A DNA stretch of 64,000 nucleotides from Epiperipatus broadwayi. Taxonomy: Eukaryota; Animalia; Onychophora. The notes under the pieces are model-generated. The model was not told where the DNA came from. It did not search any database and saw only the letters and a list, made by a program, of their open reading frames with translations. The DNA lies in contig JAQFVV010000003.1 in assembly GCA_028023455.1 (NCBI GenBank), forward strand, positions 4,030,001-4,094,000, read 5' to 3'. Of this stretch, positions 38,121 through 48,599 are shown one piece after another (positions within the stretch are counted from its first letter, which is position 1; every line of letters starts with the position of its first letter). Made by a program: the position numbers and the translations under genes.

Positions 38121-39403
38121 GGTTCTCGTCGATGAGCAACCATATCCCACTGGATGGCGCAGTTATCACGCTAAAACTATAAAATATGATCATTCACGGG
38201 CTGTTAATTGTAATCATTTTGATGTGTTTTTGTAATGTGAAAATAAAAACAAAAAAAAATCGTCTTTTTAAAATATTATTTAATTTTAAATATTATTTTT
38301 TATTAACATATACAAATTAAATAATAATAATAATAATAATAATAAATGTAAAATAAAATAAAGAAAGTACAATTTGATTCATCTTTTTTAATTTTCTTTT
38401 TATTAGAAAAATCAATTTTCTATTGGAGATTTTTTTACTGGGGTTACGGCTTTTTTTTTTTGTTGTTTGCCGCTATTTTTTATTTCAAATAGAATCACAA
38501 CTAAAAATAAAATTTGTTACGGTTAGTTTTAGGGTTAGTTTTAGGGCTAGCTTTAGGGTTAGTTTAGGGTTAGTTTTAGGGTTAGTTTAGGGTTAGTTTT
38601 AGGGTTAGCTTTAGAGTTAGTTTTAGGGTTAGTTTAGGGTTAGTTTTAGGGTTAGGTTTATGGTTAAAATAAAAAATATCAAAATCGTATTTTTGTAAAT
38701 ATTTTTTTTTTACTAACATCTATAAAATAAATGATAACAATAAACGTAAACTATATTCAACAAAGTATAACAGTAGTCGGAGAAAAGAAAGAGAAACAAA
38801 AACTTTTTTAAACAATGACAAATATATATATAAAATGTTTATAATATATGCTTTTTATGACATTTAAAAAAAAAGTGCACAATTATACTTTTCTTACTGG
38901 ATATTTTTGTGTTAACACTCTTTTTTATTTCAAAAATATACACACTCGTGGAAATGTTACGAACAGTACGTTACTTGACATGTTACCTAATTCCAATTCA
39001 CTTTATACATATATCTCGTCAACATTTATTACTTAAAACTTCAGTACACTACGGTGTAAAAAGTCTGTTAATTATTACTTTACAAAATCTGAACATTTCA
39101 ATACTTTAAAATAAAAAAAAATCCAATGAAAATAACATTTCCATCCAATTAAAAAAAACACACCCTCTCCCCAAGCTGTAACCTTTTTATAAACTGTGCG
39201 AATTGGGAAAATGTATTTGTTGTGTAAACTTATATGCTGTACTGCAACGCGACATAGAGGCCTGCAATCTGTAGTACAACATAAAAGGTTGTATTGTAGA
39301 AAACACGGGTTCGAACGTGTCAGCCGCGGAAACGGCATTTTTATGTGTTTTAGCGCGAAAACAGCGCCATTCAGTGGGATATGTTGGTTCATCGATGACA
39401 ACC
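38121..39403. mobile_element. 1283-bp non-autonomous TIR element with GG termini and 8-bp TSD (Merlin-like)
   Basis: 57-bp TIRs at 38121-38177 and 39347-39403 match at 48/57; TSD ctgatttt at 38113-38120 and 39404-39411. Confidence 0.88.
38521..38665 (+). repeat. Telomere-like minisatellite, 11-12-bp unit (GGTTAGTTTTAG), inside the TIR element
   Basis: About 12 copies directly visible. Confidence 0.95.
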
Positions 39404-40224
39404 CTGATTTTTTTTAATTGATTGTATATATGTAAATTTTATGTATATTCAAAATTGAATTAGTATTTATAAAAATTATTGTCATTTATTCTTTTGACAA
39501 AATTAAATTTGTTATGTTAATACTCTGCAATTCTATCTATATACATGTTTTAGTAAACCTAGCATAGATATTTGTTTTATTGAAAATATAACTTAAAAGT
39601 TTAATCATGTATTATTGTAGGATAATTTAAATATGTTCGGAAATTACATGCACACACATGTATGTATTCATATATAGATCAATGCTGTCAAGGTATAACA
39701 CTTATGTAAAATTTAATTATTTTTTATTATTAACCTTTTAACCGCTAATTATATTATTGGTTGTATGAGGTAAAAATCAAATCTTTTAATTGGCCAACTC
39801 ACAAACTGAAGACAAAGCCTATTGTTAAAACATATTTGCCTATAATATTAAATTCAACTCAGATATGTTTATAAAAAGTATATTACTAATTTTTCAGGTT
39901 ATGAAGAGAACGAAAGTTCTTTCAAAAATAAATTGCTATTTATTTATTCTAAAATATTCAATTTCGACAACATAAAAGCTATAATATAAACAAAAAGGTC
40001 GACTTTTACGTTATAGAAAAGTAAATATTTCTTTTAAATATTTCTTTAATATTTTTACTAAAATCTTCAATATTTTTCGAAAATAATTTTGTTTTTTTAG
40101 TTTTTTTTTAAAAAAACTAGTTTAATTTCTGAAATTATATTTTTTTAATAATTAAAATTGCATTCGAAATGAAAATCTCAGCGTTTTTCTTTATTTTCTT
40201 TGATCAGGTGGTTTCTTTGTTCTT

Positions 40225-40445
40225 TCCAGCCAATCAGAATGTCTTTTTCAGCTGAGAGCATGCTAAGAACCAATCACAAATAATGTTCTTTCTTTGTTTA
40301 GGTTTAAATGCGTTTTTTTTTATTTTTTACTTGTAAAATTTATCGGAAGAGGGCACCATCTTACAGAACTTTTAAAAACCTATTCAAAACCTATCAAATG
40401 AATTTTTTAGCATAAGAACTGGCAGAGTTAGAGTGACGTCAGATG
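40225..40445 (+). promoter_or_regulatory. Cluster of promoter-type motifs (two CCAAT boxes, CCATCTT, TGACGTCA)
   Basis: agccaatcag ~40228, aaccaatcac ~40269, caccatctt ~40354, tgacgtca ~40434; motif presence only. Confidence 0.3.
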
Positions 40446-40479
40446 TCTACGAGGAGCCTCGTAAGAGACGGTTGAAGAA

Positions 40480-41290
40480 TTAAATGTCAATTCAAACATT
40501 GTTCATTTTATATCAAGCCACATGCCTGTGTGCTGAATGGGTTTTAAGTAAACCTAATAGAACATATCATAATGTAATAACTTGTTCATGTGTATAATAA
40601 TTTTATAAATCACAAATGTGCTAATTTTTTATTGTATATTAATTAAAATCAGAAGACTTAATTTATGTCTATAGCCTCATTCTAAAAAGCTTAATATCAT
40701 TTTTTTATTGTTGTTAATAAACTTTTATTTAATTGTTAAAAATTGTATTGCATCATATCCTGGACACCATTATAGTACTTGATCTTGTGCTTTTCTGAGC
40801 TAGATTTGTGCATAACAGTCTGATTATATAAATGGGGATGTATTTAGTGCTTAAGGAGCATCCAGTGATGATCAATCAATCATAATCCTGGTTGGCACAT
40901 AAAATTATATTCTTTAAAGCCCATATATTACATTTTATTTAGTTTGGTCTCTATTAGAAATTAAGTTTATAGTTGGCCAATGCATTAATAACACAAAGTG
41001 ACCAGAGCATTGATGATAATCAGCATGTTTTAATATCCCAGCATTACTTTTTTGATTGTATTCTTCTGGATTAGCACTTAAGTTTGTGCATCCAAACTAT
41101 GGTTTAAATAATTGTCCATGCTGGCAAAGGCTCAATAATTAGCCTGGTCTACAGGAAACCCATTTCAAATCTAGTTACAAGATTGACTGTTGATTTATAT
41201 TTTGTATTGTTCAAATCCAGCCACAAGATGGACTGTTGATTTATTTTGATTGCTGATCATTTGTGATGATGAATAATTATTACTTTTGGG
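40480..41290 (-). repeat. Unclassified dispersed repeat, copy B
   Basis: Reverse-complement homologue of 20950-21630. Confidence 0.85.
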
Positions 41291-41499
41291 GAGTGCTCAT
41301 AAACTTATAGTTAGCTATGCTGTTATCTCAGAGTGATCTATTATGCTCATCCCTTTTGAGATTACATTTTTTTTTAACTTGAGGATAAAAATACAATTCC
41401 TCAGATTCCTCATGGTTTAAACCCTAATTTTCTGTAGAGTTAGAAATGTCTAACCAATTGAGGGCAGTTGATGTTCACATAATGGTGACCATCATCCCA

Positions 41500-42800
41500 G
41501 ATAATTGTTACAATATATTCATTGTTAAAAAAAAGAGTTCAGTGTAGCCAGAATTTCAAACATGGATGTGAAGAATTATTGTAAATATTTTTGACATCAT
41601 GTAGAAACACCTATGAATAGTTTTTGATTTTGCAAATAGAAACCTAAGAAGAAAGTTAAGATAAGTCTATTAAGCCAATCTGAGTAGAAAACAGAAATCA
41701 AATTATTGGTATCAGATTCAGTGTATAAAACTGTTGATTGTTTTAATATTGGCAGTCTCAAGAGTGATAACTCCATTCACTAAAACTGAAAAAATAAAAC
41801 CATCTAAAATCATCTGTGTTCAAAAGTCAATGCTTACTGAAAAAAACTGGTATGCAATGTAAGAGATAAACTTACAAAACTGCAGAGTAACAAATTACTG
41901 CATTCATGAAAATACATCTCAAAACACCATTGTCTCTAAAAAAAATAGTTCATCATGAGATACTTAGGAAGGACACATGGTTTAATGGATATCTCAAAGC
42001 CTCTAGTCACTAATGTATATTGTATTAACACAGAAGAACTGTCCAATGCATGACTTGAAGGCTTTATATTTGTTGATCACAAAATATATCACACTAAACA
42101 GACTTTTTGCCAGCCATACTATGATCCAATCATTATTCTGAATGGTTATATCATTATTTCAAGGAGTTTAAATATTTTGGGAAATCTAACATTGTTTTCA
42201 AATAAAATACAAATGGTAATGCTTACATTATGCAGATGTTAGTATTGGTTTGAAAAACATAAAATTGATGTATTTGCATTAATGATAATAATCTACTCTA
42301 TATCATTCTATTCAGTAACTATTTACACGGGCATGAGTGATCAGTGGATACCAGAAAAAAGATTACCAGTTAGTATCTTGCTTTTGTTTTTATTGACTTT
42401 TATCAATGATAGGAGGGAGTTCTAAACCAGACATTTTCATTTAGTGACTAGCTTCACTTTTTCTATACTATTGCAGTTGGTGACTTGAAGATTTCATTAA
42501 CAAGAGATTTGAGCATAAACCAGTCTACATATATGAGTTCATTATTAGTAAGAAATTGTAAAAATTATATGCTAGATCATTGGATTCAGTAGTGTGGTTA
42601 AGGGTTGATTTTAATATGGATATCTGCAATCTAATATTATTTATTTGACAACCAATAGTTTGTTTTCTTGAAAATGTGGTTGGTTTACTATATTTGACAA
42701 TTACTCATGCTTCCATAAATAGCTCTAGGACAGTGTTGAAGGGATTTCTATTGCTAATTTATACTAAATTCAAATAGAAAAATTATAAAGTAATATTTTT
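41500..42800 (+). mobile_element. Highly decayed LINE RT remnant
   Basis: atgagatacttagga = MRYLG (RT motif 7-like); otherwise degenerate, ends approximate. Confidence 0.35.
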
Positions 42801-43519
42801 GCTACAACCTTCCTGCTTTTCAAAATATTATTGAGCTTTTGTGGATCATTCTTGAAAAGTGAATAAGGAGCTTTATCTTCCATAGACATCATTTTGATAA
42901 TGAGGTTTTTCTCCATGAAACATGACCTTTCCTTTAGAGAATGTTTAAATGTGCATACTAATGTAACATGAAGAATACAAATACAAAAAAATTCTGGATA
43001 CAAATAGTGATTCTATTCCATATTAATAAGGATATCATTAGTGTTAGTCTTATTTTGTCTCATTGTTCTAATTTATTTACATTTATATTATTTAAACTTT
43101 TTTATTATATTTAATTGTTATTTTAGTCTCTTGTTATTTGTAAGAATTTTTATAATATTTCTCGTATTATTTATTAATTATACACATTAAAACTGAAAAT
43201 ACTTAACTATAGCATTCCTTTGATCTATAGTTTTTTAAATCATAACTATTATTCTTATATTTCAAGCATATAGTTATAATTATTGGAAAATGTGTAAACG
43301 GCTGCTAATGTATATTTCAACTGAAATAATTTTTTAGTTTGGAAAAACTCTTCACAAGTCAGTGCAAATTTCTTCACATTTTATTTATTTAATATTTATT
43401 AACAGCAAAAAAATTACACAACTTTCTCAGTTTACTATTTACATATGATTCCGATAAACAGTTCTTTTCATCTTACTCTAGAACTACTTACTGTATATTT
43501 GAAAAAAAAAATAATATTT

Positions 43520-44190
43520 GTCCTTTTTAATATATCATCACTATCATCAACCATTATCATACAACTGCAGGATGAAGGTCTCTAAGTTCAATTCATTTTC
43601 TCTCTTCTTTATATCACTCCCTACACACTTTATTATTTCATCCATCAATTTCACCCTTGATCTCTTTCTGTGTCTTTTACAATCTCTTAGAATCCAGTTT
43701 AATATTTTAATTGTCCATCTTTATCATTTCTTCTAGCAATTTGTTTAGTCCAACTACACTTCAGTTTTTTAATCGTTTCAATGATGTCAATATCACTTGT
43801 CCATTTTCTTACCCATGTAATGTGTTTTCAATCTCTTCTAGTTACACCTAACATGCATCTTTCCATATTTCTTTGAGTTGTCTAAAGTCTCTGTATTGCT
43901 CTTCTATTAAGTATCCAAGTATCAGATTCATAAGTAAGAACTGGTAAAACACATTTAATAAAAACATTCCTTTTCAAACATATAGGCATATTTCCTTTTA
44001 ATATTGTTATTTCTACAAAAAGCATTCCAACCAAGTTTAATTCTATGATTAATTTCATCTATTATGGTTCCATCTGTAGTAATAATCTGATCAAGGTATT
44101 TGTAGTTGTTAACTTCTTATAACTCATCATTAACAATCTTTATTTTGATAAATAAATTTTAATGTTCTATGCGTTAATGTATATATAATC
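43520..44190 (-). mobile_element. RTE LINE 3' fragment
   Basis: Minus strand homologous to 14.1-14.8 kb (tttattaaatgtgttttaccagttcttacttatgaatctga, aggtgtaactagaagaga), ending in (TGA)n-like repeats. Confidence 0.8.
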
Positions 44191-46525
44191 AATTTATAAG
44201 CATTGCATTTCAAATGAGCAACCTTTGATTACAGCAGTTTCTCAATAAATACATAAAAATCACTTTTATTAAATTATTTTTTTTAAATTTTTTTTAAATT
44301 CGATAGATATTATTTAAATACACATGATACTCTTCTTTAAATGTTCAACTTTCTTTATTGGTGCATAAGAACTTTTTTTTATTAAATCAACCATAAACTT
44401 TTTTTACTTTAAATACATAGTTGTAGACATTGAAAACAATATGTAAAGGATTTTCAGTATGCATTTTGGCTAAACAAGTTTCTTTGGTTCACCCAATTTA
44501 GTGTAAATTTTGAAAAATTAAAAAAAAAAACACTCTTATGCTGTATGTGTAAACCTATATTTCATATTCATTGTTCAATATTAATATTAGCATTGTACCA
44601 ATGTTTTGAATGGCTTTTAGTACACATCTTTCAGTAATAGAGGTCTTTCAGAGATATTGCAGAGATTAATAGCTAGTGGAAACCAATCAAATTACTGATA
44701 CAGTGCTAACACTATCAATGTCCAAATTTATACACAGATGAATCCAAAATGTTAAGTTCTCATCTATAATATATTTATATATTAATGAAATATAGAAATA
44801 AATGTAAAATAGGTCACAGCAACAATAATAAAAATAAAGAAGGAAGAATGGAGAAAAAAACAAAATAAGGAGCTCTCTTTATTACTTTTTATTAAATTAT
44901 TTACTGAGGCTACAGGAAATTAATCAAATACATTTCTATTTATGGATAAAGTGCAATCTGATTTAACTAAATTTTTTTAAATAGAAACCATTCAATACAT
45001 ATAGTAATAAAATAATTAAAACAATAATTAAAGCAATGAGATTATTGAAGAACTCGATTAAATTATAAATATCGTTTTTTTATTTTACACTACTGCAACC
45101 TACTTAAGTATGTTACAACTCAAGATTAATACTGTTAGAAAATTAAGTTAAATAAATTTTAACTTTTATTTATCTGGCATTTATTTTTATTTTTTTTATT
45201 AAACATATAATTTCATAATTAGCTATTTTTTATTTAAATAAAATAATAATTAATGGTAATGCTATCAATAATATATAATGATTTAAAAAATTTTTTTTAA
45301 ATATTTAATTCAGTACAGGATATTTAAATACCACTTTTTTTCTATAACTTACTTTATTTGTCTTATATTATTGAAAACTTTTTCAAACATTTTATTTTCA
45401 TATTCTTTTAAATCACATTTTTCTCTTATAAATCTATTATCTTACATCCTTGAACACTTCTAAATTTACTTTCTCGATTATCTTTTATAATAATAATATT
45501 ATCTTTCTCAAAAAAAAAAACCAACAACAAACAAATAACGAAACAAAAAACAAATAATAGTAAATTTATACATTAACAATAAATAGATGATATTTCTTTT
45601 TTACAATAATGTAATCCATTATAGAAGGTATGAATTTTTTTTTAATAAAACTTTCAATGAAATTCAAACATGCACATAAATAGCACAAATAATTAAAGTT
45701 ATAAATAAATATTAAGAATAAATCAAATATTTTTCTTTTCTTTAAAATAAAAAGCCATAATTACCATGGCAGTTTTGGGAACAATCTTTTAACTTGGATA
45801 TTAAATATTAGAACAAGAAAATCTGTAATAATACTCTCTTTAATAGTAGGTTTTATTTAATGTGGTGGAATTTAACAACAACATAAAGATAGGAAATTTT
45901 TTTTTTTTTGACATCAATATTAGTTTTCAGTTTTATTCAAATCATGAAAATCACTTTCAATAAAAACTTTTTGTTTTATCCCTTTTGATGCCAATAATTT
46001 ATATTAGATTATTTATTTCCATTTACAGCTTTATTTCTTTTATTTAAATAGATAATGCTAAATACTGAAATTCCAAATTATATTATTTTTATATATTCCA
46101 ATATTGAAAACTATATTATATTTGTCCACTCCCTTTTAAAATGCACTAGTTTTATTCAATAGTTTAAAATATATACACTGTATTTGATATTTGGTATAAT
46201 TCAATAGAGGATTAGTGATCCCATAACTAAATATTTCAGGATTGATTTCATCTAAATAGTACAAAATAGAATTAGTCCATATCAACTGAATGAAACTGTT
46301 AAAATGCTTGATATGCAACTAGAATGCTCAAACATCAAATGATTTTCTCAAGGCTGCATAACATATATATATTCTTCAAATATTTGAAAACCAGGCACTC
46401 TTCACAAACCTGGGAGCTTAATTGTAAGTATAGAGGATTTGAACTCAGATTTTTAAGCACCCTTCAACTATCCACACTATTTCATACAACTGATACACAT
46501 GACCACATACATGTAGAAAAGATTA

Positions 46526-46584
46526 ATAATCACCAATATATGTATTTCATACTAAACCAGCACTCATCAGTTGGTCCAGATTAT
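46526..46584 (-). ncRNA. Minimal type-I hammerhead ribozyme (family 1, copy b), core intact
   Basis: Minus strand ATAATC-TGG-ACCAA-CTGATGA-GTGCT-GGTTT-AGTAT-GAAA-TACATA-TA-TTGGT-GATTAT. Confidence 0.88.
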
Positions 46585-47012
46585 CATCTCCCACACACAC
46601 ATATATATATATATAATCAATGCTCAGTTTATATTAAGATAGAAAATCTTTATACTTTAATGGACAGGCTTCAATCCACTGCAACCTCCAACTTTTCAGC
46701 CATCCATATCATTGAAAATCTGATGATGAAAACTCAAATCCCATGCTGATGCTAATATTATTGCCATGACCATGTTAACCTGAAGTCACTCTGACCCCTC
46801 ATGCATAGGACAGTATCCATTAAATACATATAAGAGGGATGGACAGGATACAAGCTTGATATGTAAATATTTGAAAACCAGGCACTCTTCACAAACCTGG
46901 GAGCTTAATTGTAAGTATAGAGGATTTGAACTCAGATTTTCAAGCACCCTTCAACTATCCACACTATCTCATACAACTGATACACATGACCACATACATG
47001 TAGAAAAGATTA

Positions 47013-47086
47013 ATAATCACCAATATACGTATTTCATGCTAAACCAGCACTCATCAAACCAGCACTCATCAGTTGGTCCAGATTAT
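47013..47086 (-). ncRNA. Type-I hammerhead (family 1, copy c): intact core, palindromic stem III, 15-bp duplication in loop II
   Basis: Minus strand ACCAA-CTGATGA-GTGCT-(GGTTTGATGAGTGCTGGTTT)-AGCAT-GAAA-TACGTA-TA-TTGGT; ATACGTAT is self-complementary. Confidence 0.85.
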
Positions 47087-47366
47087 CATCTCCCACACAC
47101 ACACATATATATAATCAATGCTCAGTTTATATTAAGATAGAAAATCTTCATACTTTAATGGACAGGCTTCAATCCACTGCAACCTCTAACTTTTCAGCCA
47201 ATAATATTAGCATCAGCATGGGATTTGAGTTTTCATCATCAGATTTTCAATGATATGGATGGCTGAAAAGTTGGAGGTTGCAGTGGATTGAAGCCTGTCC
47301 ATTAAAGTATGAATATATTCTATCTTAATATAAACTGAACATTGATTATATATATGTGTGGAGATG

Positions 47367-47425
47367 ATAATCTGGACCAACAGATGAGTGCTGGTTTAGC
47401 ATGAAATATGTATATTGGTGATTAT
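47367..47425 (+). ncRNA. Type-I hammerhead (family 1, copy d), core mutated CAGATGA, probably inactive
   Basis: ATAATC-TGG-ACCAA-CAGATGA-GTGCT-GGTTT-AGCAT-GAAA-TATGTA-TA-TTGGT-GATTAT. Confidence 0.75.
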
Positions 47426-48599
47426 TAATCTTTTCTACATGTATGTGGTCATGTGTATCAGTTGTATGAGATAATGTGGATAGTTGAAGGGTGCTTGAAA
47501 ATCTGAGTTCAAATTCTCTATACTTATATATATTCTTCAATAATATATATACCCTATTAAATATTCTATAGATTTAACTTTCATAAATTATGAATAAAAA
47601 TTAATATTTTCATTAAGGCAGTGGCTTGATTGATATAAAGTTTACACACTAATAATAATTAGTAAGCAACGATAATCAATGACCCTCCCCCTCTTTAATT
47701 TCTTTTATATTGCACTGAATAAAATATGAATTAAGCTCCAGTTAATGAGATAAAATAATGCAAGGTCAAGGTAATGTAAATCAATTGATATGTTTTATTA
47801 TAACAAAGTATATAATTCATATATTACAGAGATGTAAAATATATTATTATAAATGACTGCATTTAAATCCAATTTATTAGCTTAAAGTATTAAAGTATAA
47901 CATACATAATAGCTAAATTTTAAATTATGACAAACTTCACAGGATTGCTTTCAAGGAAAATCCTTTCTAAAATCATTATTGTCTATACCAAGCAAAATTT
48001 GTTTTATTTTAAAGTGTAAAAGATAAAATACATATAATCATTAAATTCATTGCTTCTTTATCATCAATAAGCACATAAACAATTTCTATTATATATAACA
48101 TCATATATCTTATTTGACATCCCGCTTGCACTTAATTCATTTAATTACAGTGACCTTCTATTAGTATTTTTTATTAATATTTTTTAGCAAGTGAAAACTA
48201 ACAATAAATAAAGCTAATATATGCACAATATTGCAAAAATTAAAAACATTGATTACAAATTATGATCTTTAAATACATAGAGAACAATAAATTTTGAGAT
48301 GGCAATTCATCAAGAGAAAGAAATTTGCATATCATATGATTTATTGCGAGCTCTAATTTTATTCTTCTATTTTTGAAATATTTAGACAAATTAGTGAATG
48401 ATGTTTAAAAATATGTTTGCTGTAGTAACTGTGACCATTTAGTCAATGCAATGCTGTAATTGTAGATATCGAAATATATATTAAAAAAAGTGCTTATTCC
48501 TTGTTGGATAGAATTGTTGCATTACTGTTATTTAAAAACCAAAACTTTCTTTTTTAGAGATTTTAATGCATGTGATTTTTATACTTGCACTAGTAGGAA

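Larger units (their letters stand above)
46380..47524. mobile_element. HHR family 1 composite insertion: two tandem units (minus strand) plus one inverted unit, 16-bp TSD
   Basis: Units start aaatatttgaaaaccagg at ~46378 and ~46866; inverted unit ~47200-47524; direct repeat tatatatattcttcaa at 46364-46379 and 47525-47540. Confidence 0.92.

Noticed and set aside
37987-38235. 82-aa ORF as a gene
   Set aside because: It runs across the TSD/TIR junction of the 38121-39403 element, so it is chimeric by chance
38521-38665. True telomere or CRISPR-like array
   Set aside because: Internal to a TIR element, 11-12-bp units, no spacers
46324-47140. 141-aa and 94-aa plus-strand ORFs
   Set aside because: They are antisense readings of the repeated ribozyme unit, with no protein-like motifs and differing frames between copies
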